Part shown: piece after piece, positions 23,551 to 39,450 of the stretch
How positions within the stretch are numbered: the stretch's first letter is position 1
How the letters are laid out: every line of letters begins with the position of its first letter
Assembly: GCA_964036045.1 (NCBI GenBank)
Contig: OZ038378.1
Coordinates: forward strand, 7,192,001-7,256,000
Direction: 5' to 3'
Length of the DNA: 64,000 nucleotides
DNA from: Eutreptiella sp. 'Long Island Sound 2002'
Taxonomy: Eukaryota > Protista > Euglenida
Notes under the pieces: generated by a model
Databases searched by the model: none
What the model saw: the letters and a program-made list of their open reading frames with translations, nothing else
Told to the model about the DNA's origin: nothing
Made by a program: the position numbers and the translations under genes

Positions 23551-24889
23551 GGGAAGCAGACATGGCCAGAGCCTAATGTGGACACTGCAACCGGACCATT
23601 GAGGCCCTCTAGCTGTATCTTGAGGGGAGGGGGTGGCATCAGGAAATGCTGCTTCAAAAGGGATTGCTCACTAACAAAAGGATTTGGTGGTTTCTAGCTC
23701 ACCAACCAAAGAAGGCAACCAACCAATGAAGACCAGTCCTACAGGGCACTGGGATAGCCGACCTCGTGTCGCAGCGATGCTTGCGCTGTCAGTATTGCGT
23801 TGTTGTGATTTTGTTGTGAGCAGTGGTGATACAGCAACTGCCCCTAACAAGCAACAAGCATGTTCAATGGAGTTGAGACCGAAATTGTTGTGGCCCACCG
23901 TCGTATATTGACAATTCCGGTGGTGTAATGTGCAAACCCGTGTCATGGGTCAATTCAGAACCAAAAAGGCACAAGCATTGGGAAAAAATTGGCGTGGGTG
24001 GAGTGAAGTCTGAGCTTCAAATATTCTCCGGCAAATATCCTTATCAAAGGGGCGATGTGTTGTGTGTCCATATGACTAACAGCGGATAGCGGTGGCCGCG
24101 TCTATTGATCATAAATGTCAGTAAAGCGAGCGTTGCATCACTTGCAGCTGCATTGTATTGCAGTGTGGAAAGAAGGAGGGGTGTTTGGACTTGGAAGGGC
24201 TGGGAAACACTTGTGCCCATCTGTTTGGGAGTGGGTGTGGAGATATATGTGCCCTAGTTGTGTAATGGATTGATGTGCAGGCACTTGCATGCAGACGCGC
24301 TTTGTGTGACGTCTCTTTCCCTTTCTTGCAGCGCTGATGACGCTCCGCCATTCCAGCTGACCTCTGAAGGTTCAGGGTGAGGGGTCTGCTGAGTGAAGGT
24401 AGTCCACTATTGATGAAGTGTCTCATCATCCATCAGTTCCGCTCATCATCCACACACTGCGGTGACAATCTAATACTGGGCTTGAAGCTTAGAGGGTGCT
24501 CACCAAGGGCCAGGTGGCTTGTGTAACACAGCACTGGGGGTGCCGCCTCACCAAATATTACCATTCGTGATGTGCTGCATGACAAAGGCAGTCGTTGTTC
24601 ATTCTCAAGTCCCACATGGCGCTACAAGACAGGTCAGGGGGGTGGGGAATGACCAGTCACCAGTTTGTGCCCCTTCCAGAGTGTCGCAGAGATGCAAAGG
24701 TGGTCCGATCATATGCGCACGCACACGACAACCAGAACGAATGGCTCTTCAAAAGTTTTGTGTTCAAGCGTTCTACAAGTGGAAGGAATCGCAGATGGGG
24801 ATAGTGCGTCCAGCTCACTACTGCATGTACTGTGATGCCAAACTAGATGCGAGGGTCAGGCGGCTTTTAAGGTCCTGTACGCTCATGTG

Positions 24890-25424
<535 letters not shown>

Positions 25425-25729
25425 CGAAGGCGCTGTTACCAAAGGGCAAAGGCCGGGATGTCTACCCACGGGTAAAGGTAAACGGGCTGGGCTGTGTGTG
25501 TTGTGTGCGCGCTGTGTGTAAGTGTGTTGTGGCATAGCCGGACCAGTGCACTCTCGCACTTGGCCGACACTGCCTTGCCGACGCCTGCGCGCAGTCACAC
25601 GGGGTCTCATTTGCCCACTGCACCCTGCGTGCCGCGCTGCACCACCAGTGCCTTCTCTGTGGTGCCGCATTGCTTGGCGCTCGGCACCACACTGCCTGTG
25701 TGTGCCCTGCTGCTCCGTTGTTGTGGGCA

Positions 25730-26290
25730 GGGGGCAGTGGGCAGTGTTACGCACCGCCTGGGGGCTGTGGGCAATGGAAATAGCGCTTCGCACTGCCTCA
25801 CTGCCTGGGGGCGGTGGGCAGTGCAACTCCTGCAATCCGCTGCCTCACTGCCCGGGGGCAGTGGGCAGTGCAACTCCTGCAATGCACTGCCTCAGTGCCC
25901 TGGGGCAGTGGGCAGTGCATCTCCTGCAACGCACCGCCTCACTGCCTGGGGGCAGTGGAGGGCGCAACTCCCGCAATGCACTGCCGCACTGCCTGGGGGC
26001 AGTGGGCAGTGCAACTCCTGCAATGCACTGCCTCACTGCCCTGGGGCAGTGGGCAGTGGAACTCCTGCAATGCACTGCCTCACTGCCTGGGGGCAGCGGA
26101 CAGTGCAACTCCTGCAATGCACTGTCTCACTGCCCTGGGGCAGTGGGCAGTGGAACTTCTGCAATGCACTGCCTCACTGCCTGGGGGCAGTGGGCAGTGC
26201 AACTCCTGCAATGCACTGTCTCACTGCCCCGGGGCAGTGGGCAGTGCAACTCCTGCAATGCACGACCTCACTGCCTGGGCGCAGTGGCCG
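25730..26290. repeat. ~47-bp minisatellite, ~12 units, each an imperfect palindrome
   Basis: Seen: ggggcagtgggcagtgcaactcctgcaatgcactgcctcactgcct; aactcc recurs at 25825 and 25872. Confidence 0.9.
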
Positions 26291-29200
26291 CACTCCTGCG
26301 GGAAGAGGCAGCGAACATGGCAACAGGGCTGGGGGCGAACTGTGTCACGTAGGCACTGGTCACACCGTTCACGGCGAATGGGTCGGCAATGTGGGATGCC
26401 CAGTTCTCAACAGGGCCCTCACCAGTCACGATGGCCCGCACGTAGTAGCCGAACATCGAGAACATAGCAAGACGGCCGTTCTTGATCTCCTTCACCTTCA
26501 ACTCAGCGAACGTGTCAGGGTCGTCAGCCAATCCCAGAGGATCGAAGGCTTCACCAGGGTGCAGCTTATCCAATCCCTCACCCAATGGGCCAGACTCAGC
26601 TGCACGGTAAGCCTCAACGGCTCCCACCAACAGAACCTGGCAGGCCAGGATGGCCAGGATGGATTGGGCGTGGACCAGCTGAGGCTCACCCAAGTAGTTG
26701 ATACCACCCTCACTGAAGATGGCGGCACCAGCCTTGAACCAGACAGCGGAGTCCCCGGCGAAGGAGATGCCTCCTCCGTACTTGGCAAGGAACTCTGGGG
26801 TGATGCACCCCAAAGTGCCCAACATGGCCCAACGGGCATGGATCAGCTCGGCCTCACGGTACTTCTCCAAAGTGGTGGGGTCAGCACCCAGTCCAGCAGT
26901 GTCCCAACCGTAATCACCAGGCAGCTCACCAGTCAGGTATGCAGGCACGTTCTGGGTGTAGGGGCCCAACCACAGGTTCCGGTCAGGGCCGTACCAGAGG
27001 TCAAGAGGGGTGACGGACTTCTGGAAACTTGCGGCCAGACACAGCGAACATGGCAACAGGGCTGGGGGCGAACTGCGTCACGTAGGCACTGGTCAAACCG
27101 TTCACGGCGAATGGGTCGGCAATGTGGGATGCCCAGTTCTCAACAGGGCCCTCACCAGTCACGATGGCCTGCACGTAGTAGCCGAACATCGAGAACATGG
27201 CAAGACGGCCGTGCTTGATCTCCTTCACCTTCAACTCAGCGAACGTGTCAGGGTCGTCAGCCAATCCCAGAGGATCGAAAGCTTCACCAGGGTGCAGCAG
27301 ATCCAAATCCTCACCCAGAGGACCTCCGTTCACACGGTAAGCCTCAACGGCACCCATCAGCACAACCTGGCAGGCCAGGATGGCAAGGATGGACTGGGCG
27401 TGCACCAAATGGTCGCTGCCAAGGTAGTCCAGACCGCCCTCAGAGAAGATCTGAGCACCAGCCTTGAACCAAACGGACTCGCCGAAGGGCACACCGGCGT
27501 ACTTGGCCAACAGCTCAGGGGTCAAGCAGCCCAAAGTACCCAACATGGCCCAACGAGCGTGGATCAGCTCAGCCTCGCGGTAGGCAGCGAAGGTGGTAGG
27601 GTCGGCGGCAAGACCAGCAGTGTCCCAGCCGTAGTCACCAGGGTACTCACCAGTCAGGTATGCAGGGGTGGCACCCTCGGAGAACGGGCCCAACCACTTG
27701 TTGCGGTCGGGGCCGTACCAGGCAGAGGAGGGGACACTGGCCGTACTCCTGCGGGAAGAGGCAGCGAACATGGCAACAGGGCTGGGGGCGAACTGTGCAG
27801 CGTACACAGCGGTCAAACCGTTCACGGCGAATGGGTCGGCAATGTGGGATGCCCAGTTCTCAACAGGGCCCTCACCAGTCTCGATGGCCTGCACGTAGTA
27901 GCCGAACATCGAGAACATGGCAAGACGGCCGTTCTTGATCTCCTTCACCTTCAACTCAGCGAACGTGTCAGGGTCGCCAGCCAATCCCAGAGGATCGAAG
28001 GCTTCACCAGGGTGCAGCTTATCCAATCCCTCACCCAATGGGCCAGACTCAGCTGCACGGTAAGCCTCAACGGCTCCCACCAACAGAACCTGGCAGGCCA
28101 GGATGGCCAGGATGGATTGGGCGTGGACCAGCTGAGGCTCACCCAAGTAGTTGATACCACCCTCACTGAAGATGGCGGCACCAGCCTTGAACCAGACAGC
28201 GGAGTCCCCGGCGAAGGAGATGCCTCCTCCGTACTTGGCAAGGAACTCTGGGGTGATGCACCCCAAAGTGCCCAACATGGCCCAACGGGCATGGATCAGC
28301 TCGGCCTCACGGTACTTCTCCAAAGTGGTGGGGTCAGCACCCAGTCCAGCAGTGTCCCAACCGTAATCACCAGGCAGCTCACCAGTCAGGTATGCAGGCA
28401 CGTTCTGGGTGTAGGGGCCCAACCACAGGTTCCGGTCAGGGCCGTACCAGAGGTCAAGAGGGGTGACGGACTTCTGGAACTTGCGGCCAGACACAGCGAA
28501 CATGGCAACAGGGCTGGGGGCGAACTGCGTCACGTAGGCACTGGTCAAACCGTTCACGGCGAATGGGTCGGCAATGTGGGATGCCCAGTTCTCAACAGGG
28601 CCCTCACCAGTCACGATGGCCTGCACGTAGTAGTCGAACATCGAGAACATGGCAAGACGGCCGTTCTTGATCTCCGTCACCTTCAACTCAGCGAACGTGT
28701 CAGGGTCGTCAGCCAATCCCAGAGGATCGAAAGCTTCACCAGGGTGCAGCAAATCCAAATCCTCACCCAGAGGACCTCCGTTCACACGGTAAGCCTCAAC
28801 GGCACCCATCAGCACAACCTGGCAGGCCAGGATGGCAAGGATGGACTGGGCGTGCACCAAGTTGGAGCTGCCAAGGTAGTCCAGACCGCCCTCAGAGAAG
28901 ATCGAGCACCAGCCTTGAACCACACAGGCTCGCCAAAGGACACACCGGCGTACTTGGCCAACAGCTCAGGGGTCAAGCAGCCCAAAGTACCCAACATGGC
29001 CCAACGAGCGTGGATCAGCTCAGCCTCACGGTAGGCAGCGAAGGTGGTTGGGTCGGCGGCAAGACCAGCAGTGTCCCAGCCGTAGTCACCAGGGTACTCA
29101 CCAGTCAGGTAGTCAGGGGTGGAGGCACCAGAGAATGGTCCCAACCACTTGTTCCCCTCAGGGCCATACCAGGCCGCCAGAGTGTCAGAGACACGGCCAG

Positions 29201-30530
29201 ACGCAGCGAACATGGCAACAGGGCTGGGGGCGAACTGTGCAGCGTACACAGCGGTCAAACCGTTCACGGCGAATGGGTCGGCAATGTGGGATGCCCAGTT
29301 CTCAACAGGGCCCTCACCAGTCTCGATGGCCCGCACGTAGTAGCCGAACATCGAGAACATGGCAAGACGGCCGTGCTTGATCTCCTTCACCTTCAACTCA
29401 GCGAACGTGTCAGGGTCGTAAGCCAATCCCAGAGGATCGAAGGCTTCACCAGGGTGCAGCTTATCCAATCCCTCACCCAATGGGCCAGACTCAGCTGCAC
29501 GGTAAGCCTCAACGGCTCCCACCAACAGAACCTGGCAGGCCAGGATGGCCAGGATGGATTGGGCGTGGACCAGCTGAGGCTCACCCAAGTAGTTGATACC
29601 ACCCTCACTGAAGATGGCGGCACCAGCCTTGAACCAGACAGCGGAGTCCCCGGCGAAGGAGATGCCTCCTCCGTACTTGGCAAGGAACTCTGGGGTGATG
29701 CACCCCAAAGTGCCCAACATGGCCCAACGGGCATGGATCAGCTCGGCCTCACGGTACTTCTCCAAAGTGGTAGGGTCAGCACCCAGTCCAGCAGTGTCCC
29801 AACCGTAATCACCAGGCAGCTCACCAGTCAGGTATGCAGGCACGTTCTGGGTGTAGGGGCCCAACCACAGGTTCCGGTCAGGGCCGTACTAGAGGTCAAG
29901 AGGGGTGACGGACTTCTGGAAACTTGCGGCCAGACACAGCGAACATGGCAACAGGGCTGGGGGCGAACTGCGTCACGTAGGCACTGGTCAAACCGTTCAC
30001 GGCGAATGGGTCGGCAATGTGGGATGCCCAGTTCTCAACAGGGCCCTCACCAGTCACGATGGCCTGCACGTAGTAGCCGAACATCGAGAACATGGCAAGA
30101 CGGCCGTTCTTGATATCCTCTACCCTCAACTCAGCGAACGTGTCAGGGTCGTCAGCCAATCCCAGAGGATCGAAAGCTTCACCAGGGTGCAGCAGATCCA
30201 AATCCTCACCCAGAGGACCTCCGTTCACACGGTAAGCCTCAACGGCACCCATCAGCACAACCTGGCAGGCCAGGATGGCAAGGATGGACTGGGCGTGCAC
30301 CAAATGGTCGCTGCCAAGGTAGTCCAGACCGCCCTCAGAGAAGATCTGAGCACCAGCCTTGAACCAAACGGACTCGCCGAAGGGCACACCGGCGTACTTG
30401 GCCAACAGCTCAGGGGTCAAGCAGCCCAAAGTACCCAACATGGCCCAACGAGCGTGGATCAGCTCAGCCTCGCGGTAGGCAGCGAAGGTGGTAGGGTCGG
30501 CGGCAAGACCAGCAGTGTCCCAGCCGTAGT
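26290..30530 (-). pseudogene. Lhcbm: Intronless fragment of an LHCII (Lhcbm) polyprotein: six units (A partial, B, A', B, A, B) joined by short linkers; disabled
   Basis: Seen: repeated [32 protein letters not shown] and EIKNGRLAM motifs with linkers SPVAMFA(A/V)S(S/G)R. Lesions: TGG>TAG at ~29890, +1 frameshifts at 29920-29922 and 27025-27027, and a 1-nt deletion at ~28903. No transit peptide and no introns. Established: euglenids encode LHC as linker-joined polyproteins. Confidence 0.92.
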
Positions 30531-30672
30531 CTGCCCAGGGGGCGTCCGGAGTCTCCTGCCAGGCCAGAGGGGGGTCTTCTTCTTCAGGGAACCGGGCGCA
30601 CCGGCCCGGGGGGGACGGGGTGTCCTGCCCAGGGGGTGTTCGGAGTCTCCTGCCAGGCCAATGGGGGGCCAT
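29896..30672 (-). CDS. Chimeric ORF (258 aa): ~47 repeat-encoded residues fused in frame to most of one LHCII unit
   Basis: Seen: MAPHWPG...ETPDAPWA|DYGWDTAG..., terminated by the +1 frameshift after the linker. Expression unknown. Confidence 0.3.
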   Translation of the reverse strand: MAPHWPGRRLRTPPGQDTPSPPGRCARFPEEEDPPLAWQETPDAPWADYGWDTAGLAADPTTFAAYREAELIHARWAMLGTLGCLTPELLAKYAGVPFGESVWFKAGAQIFSEGGLDYLGSDHLVHAQSILAILACQVVLMGAVEAYRVNGGPLGEDLDLLHPGEAFDPLGLADDPDTFAELRVEDIKNGRLAMFSMFGYYVQAIVTGEGPVENWASHIADPFAVNGLTSAYVTQFAPSPVAMFAVSGRKFPEVRHPS

Positions 30673-31968
30673 CTTCTTTAGGGAACCGGGCGCACCGGCC
30701 CGGGGGGGACGGGGAGTCCTGCCCAGGGGGTGTTCGGAGTCTCCTGCCAGGCCAATGGGGGGTCATCTTCTTCAGGGAACCGGGCGCACCGGCCCGGGGG
30801 GGACGGGGAGTCCTGCCCAGGGGGTGTTCGGAGTCTCCTGCCAGGCCAATGGGGGGCCATCTTCTTCAGGGAACCGGGCGCACCGGCCCGGGGGGGACAG
30901 GGAGTCCTGCCCAGGGGGTGTTCGGAGTCTCCTGCCAGGCCAATGGGGGGTCATCTTCTTCAGGGAACCGGGCGCACCGGCCCGGGGGGGACAGGGAGTC
31001 CTGCCCAGGGGGTGTTCGGAGTCTCCTGCCAGGCCAAATGGGGGGCCATCTTCTTTAGGGAACCAGGCGCACCGGCCCGGGGGGGACGGGGAGTCCTGCC
31101 CAGGGGGTGTTCGGAGTCTCCTGCCAGGCCAATGGGGGGTCATCTTCTTCAGGGAACCGGGCGCACCGGCCTAGGGGGGACGGGGAGTCCTGCCCAGGGG
31201 GTGTTCGGAGTCTCCTGCCAGGCCAATGGGGGGCCATCTTCTTCAGGGAACCGGGCGCACCGGCCCGGGGGGGACAGGGAGTCCTGCCCAGGGGGTGTTC
31301 GGAGTCTCCTGCCAGGCCAATGGGGGGTCATCTTCTTCAGGGAACCGGGCGCACCGGCCCGGGGGGGACAGGGAGTCTTGCCCAGGGGGTGTTCGGAGTC
31401 TCCTGCCAGGCCAAATGGGGGGCCATCTTCTTTAGGGAACCGGGCGCACCGGCCCGGGGGGGACAGGGAGTCCTGCCCAGGGGGTGTTCGGAGTCTCCTG
31501 CCAGGCCAATGGGGGGTCATCTTCTTCAGGGAACCGGGCGCACCGGCCTGGGGGGGACGGGGAGTCCTGCCCAGGGGGTGTTCGGAGTCTCCTGCCAGGC
31601 CAATGGGGGGCCATCTTCTTTAGGGAACCGGGCGCACCGGCCCGGGGGGGACAGGGAGTCCTGCCCAGGGGGTGTTCGGAGTCTCCTGTCAGGCTAATGG
31701 GGGGCCATCTTCTTTAGAGAACCGGGCGCACCGGCCCGGGGGGGGCGGGGAGTCCTGCCCAGGGGGTGTTCGGAGTCTGCTGCCAGGCCAATGGGGGGCC
31801 ATCTTCTTCAGGGAACCGGGCGCACCGGCCCGGGGGGGACGGGGAGTCCTGCCCAGGGGGTGTTCGGAGTCTCCTGCCAGGCCAAGGGGGGGCCATCTTC
31901 TTTAGGGAACCGGGCGCACCGGCCTGGGGGGGACGGGGAGCCCAGCCCAGGGGGTGTTCGGAGTCTCC
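30531..31968 (-). repeat. Tandem array of ~15 GC-rich 94-bp monomers
   Basis: Seen: + strand unit gggtcatcttcttcagggaaccgggcgcaccggcccggggggggacggggagtcctgcccagggggtgttcggagtctcctgccaggccaatgggg. ORF starts recur at 94-bp spacing (30584, 30678, 30772). Confidence 0.95.
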
Positions 31969-32415
31969 CAGCAGCAGCAGGCAAGTAAGCAGGCAGTACC
32001 GGGGGTCATAACCCCGGGGTAACAGTATCTGGGACTCAACGTGAGTCCTCTTAACCAGGAACAACCCCAAACACCGCCGGGGCTTAACTCCCGAACGTAA
32101 CGGTGTTTGGGGCCCCCGTGGGCCTTATGAGCCCACGGAGTGTACTGAGGCGTGGCTACCAGCTGGACTGTGGCCTGCCATACCCATTTCTGGGCTCGCC
32201 TCAGTACGGCCGGTCGAGTCCGGCTCTGGGGGTTGCGCACTAAATTGGCCCCGGGGGGGGGGCCATTTACCCTGTTAAGCATTAGTTACGGCAGTAGGCA
32301 CTATTCATTACGTTAGGGAATTACTCAGCGCTGTTGTTTACCCCGCAGACATGCCCCTTCCAGTGGTGCGCTCACCTTTGGGGCTGCCTTTGGGGGATCG
32401 GGGGCTGTTACCCCT
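31969..32415 (-). ncRNA. Structured RNA module, copy B (inverted homolog of 2385-2833)
   Basis: Seen: the reverse complement aligns colinearly with copy A from gggtaa..gcccc..cccccaaaggcagccccaaagg through tgcctgctgctgct. Confidence 0.6.
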
Positions 32416-33347
32416 CCCGGACGCCCTCCCTGGTGTTGGCGCCGGGGTGGTGGCCGGGGGGCCTTATACCGTACCTAAAGGATGTCGGATACCGATACCA
32501 GGGTGTCCAACCGGACGGGGACAGGGGCGGCGTCTCCGGGCTTTGTCATCTGGCCCACAATCGACTGACCCACTGGACTGCTCCACTCCAGTCCTCAGGC
32601 CAGCTTTATATCCCTCCTCGCACCCTCGCACATGTTACAGGGCGGGGGGTCGTTGTCGGGGCCCCCCGCGCATGTCCGCGCCACCGGCCATCCCCTCCTC
32701 CCAGGCACCGCGCCTCTGCTAGGGCGGGGGCCCCTCACATGCACCCTTCAGGGCCCTTTCCACCTGCACACCTGGACGCTTGCCATGAAGACCCCGTATT
32801 GGAGGCTCCTCGTCGGCGCGCCCGGGTCCAGATTGTTCACGCGGCCGGCCGCCGATGCGGGGCCCTGGAGGCGCGCCGCACAGGCGCTGCCAGCCTGCGA
32901 GAGGGGCAAGGGCGGGAGAAGGGGGTGGGGGGAGGGGCAGTGGGCAGGGGAGGCGGCACGGAGTGGCTGCGGGAGGTAGTGCATGGGGGGCACCGAGAGC
33001 TGCATGGGGGTGTGTGGGACGGAGTTGGGGCAGAGGGCCCTGTGGGTGGGGCAAAGGCGCGGGGGGGGCGCATGTCCGGGCTCCTGCGTGGGCTGGCGCG
33101 TGGGCGGGCGCGTAGGGGAAGAGAGGAGGGGGAGGCTTGGTCAGCCGTCCTCTACGGAGGGTCGCTGACCGTTCCCAGGGCCAAGGCGGCCGGTACTAGG
33201 GGCCGCGGGGTCCCTGGGGATGGTGCTTGGCACTGGGACGTGCGCGCACCCGACACTGTTAGTACACCGCCTATTGGCAGTGCCCGGGCCCTGTCGTCGG
33301 GGGCTTCGCACCCGGCACCCAGCCCGTGAGTAGAGCTGGGGAGTACT

Positions 33348-37340
<3,993 letters not shown>

Positions 37341-39319
37341 TTCTCAAGAAAAGCCCCTAACAAATACCCCAAGCTAGAGTGGGCTTGTGCACGGATGTGC
37401 ACTGATGCATGCTAGTGTGCACAAATGTGCACACTTTAAAGGGTAGGCCACGCGTGGTGCCCATGGCAACGCAAAAAGCGCGCAATAAACCTTGTTTAGG
37501 CTACTTGGGGCTCCACCCCACGTTCTAGAAGAGAACGGGTGGAGTCGTTAGCGCTTGCTTGCTTGTTGCTTGGTTTTGCTGACCTCTTGGGAGGGTGGAG
37601 CTAGGAACCGGATATTCTGGGGGGCCTCACTTTGATTGGCCACTAAGTAAAACCAAGTCATCCGCCTTTGCTTTATAGGTGGGTCAGGTCAAGGTGAATT
37701 GGTGCATAAGTCCTCCAGCCAAACAAGGAGGCGCTACTTAAGCTAAAAAAAAATTTAGATGATTACATGGCCTTGTGGGGGCCCGCCACACCCACAGACA
37801 AGTTTGACAAGCATTTCTGCACGGTGAGCACACTCCTTCCCTCCAAGCCCTTGCAGCGAAACACGTTGAGGCGTCCTTGTCAGGCCAAGGTTGCATATCA
37901 GCGCCCCGTTCTCTTGTATATCTCACCGGAGGGCCAATAGGGCCGGTGATCTCATTGACATGGCAACGCCCAGTAGAGCGTGTAGGTGTTAGGGGTGGTA
38001 GGCCTGGACATGTGTCCTTCGAAGGCCGGTGCCACCGATAGTGAGTGTAGTGTAGCGGTGTTTCCTGTCCCGCATGCTTTTCCGTGCGGGCCGGGAAGTG
38101 TGTTAGTTTTTGGCCATTAGAAAAACGGGCATTTTTATACCTATAGCATACTCGGCCACCCCCTCCCCTTCGTACGTAGGGCTTTTGCCGTTCCCTCCTA
38201 TAGGAGCCGCCAGCACAGAAATTGGGCGCCCTAGGAGAGGCCATAGTAGGTGGCTGGGACCTACGGTCTAACACCAATGAAGGCATTGCGCAGCCTCGCC
38301 CGGGGAGTGTGAGTGAGACACATACATCACAGACATAGCACACTTAGGGGTATGTATTGTAAGGTACCCCCTTCGTGGCTCAAGGTATATTAGGATAGAA
38401 CACCGTGGGATACAGACCCACTGATATCAACATGGAGGGTTAGAACCCCACGGGCCTGGACCAGTCAGGGGTCCTAACTGTGGGCACGCTTGTCCCCAAG
38501 GTGGGTCACCACACCTTGCCTATCATCACCTTGCTTGTTACCCCCCCCCTGGTATAGGAGGCCACTGCTACGCGTTGGCTCCCCGCAGGTTATCACACCA
38601 AGGCATGTACTCATGCGCCACGTGGTCAACAAGGCGAAACCACTCTCACAATGTTGGTAACCACAAGCATGAGTAGTGCAAGGCACACACTGATGAGGCC
38701 TACACTATGAGTGCACACCGCCCTTGGGAGGTTAGGCCAATAGAGGGGGGTTGCGAGTAAAGGGCCTCACAGGTTAGTGCCACTCCACTTAGGACCTGCC
38801 CCAGAGCAAACCCTGCTGACGTAGGCCAGCATCTTCAAGGGATCGGCGTTTGAGATGGTCGTATGGAGGCGGGAATCCACGAGTGAACCGCCCCCAAGGG
38901 TACCTAGTTCAGCGCGTGGGCGCGTTCTTGGTACTACACAGTGCAGGGTGATGGCACTGTGGGAGGCTGAGGTAGTAGGGCCCACTGACCATGGCTGCAA
39001 TCTAGATAAGCGGCCATGGTATTCCGATGACCCCCAGTGTTACTTCCCTCGGTGGGGGGGAAGCACACCTCTAGGGGGAGCCAATACGCCTGCAGGCGTG
39101 GCCCAAAGGAGACTCCTAACGGGAGGAGGGGATGTCCCGGTAGTGCCACCGCCTCCTGAAGCTCGCAATCTCTCTCTCTCTCTTTGGTTAGGATACCCAG
39201 AAAGGTAGGGTTAGGGAAATTGCTTTTTCTTCTTACGCTGGGACAACGTCTCAACGTGGGTTAGGAGCTGACTCTCGTTGCTCTCAACGAGATAGGAACG
39301 GCAAATGGGATTGATAGTC

Positions 39320-39450
39320 ACATGAGGTTGTACAAAGGCTGACATGGGCTCCCAAGTCGCCTTAGCGAGGCCATAGCCTTCCCACAAGGTGAGGAATTTT
39401 CAACCCTATTTATACTCGTGGCAAGCAATACCTACAACCACGTAGTGACC
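39320..39450 (-). pseudogene. Chromodomain at the integrase C-terminus
   Basis: Seen: HYVVVGIACHEYK*G*KFLTLWEGYGLAKATWEPMSAF, matching the chromo pattern Y.V..I...F.V.W.GY....TWEP. Confidence 0.8.

Noticed and set aside
25494-30113. Long + strand ORFs (574, 674 and 367 aa) over the LHC region
   Set aside because: They are antisense shadows of the LHC coding sequence and the satellite.
32430-33345. Further family-2 LINE fragment or promoter (tataaa at ~32606-32611, minus strand) upstream of module B
   Set aside because: Only a weak CPTHRALC resemblance to the Cys/His motif and one TATA-like word not clearly shared with copy A; too weak to call.
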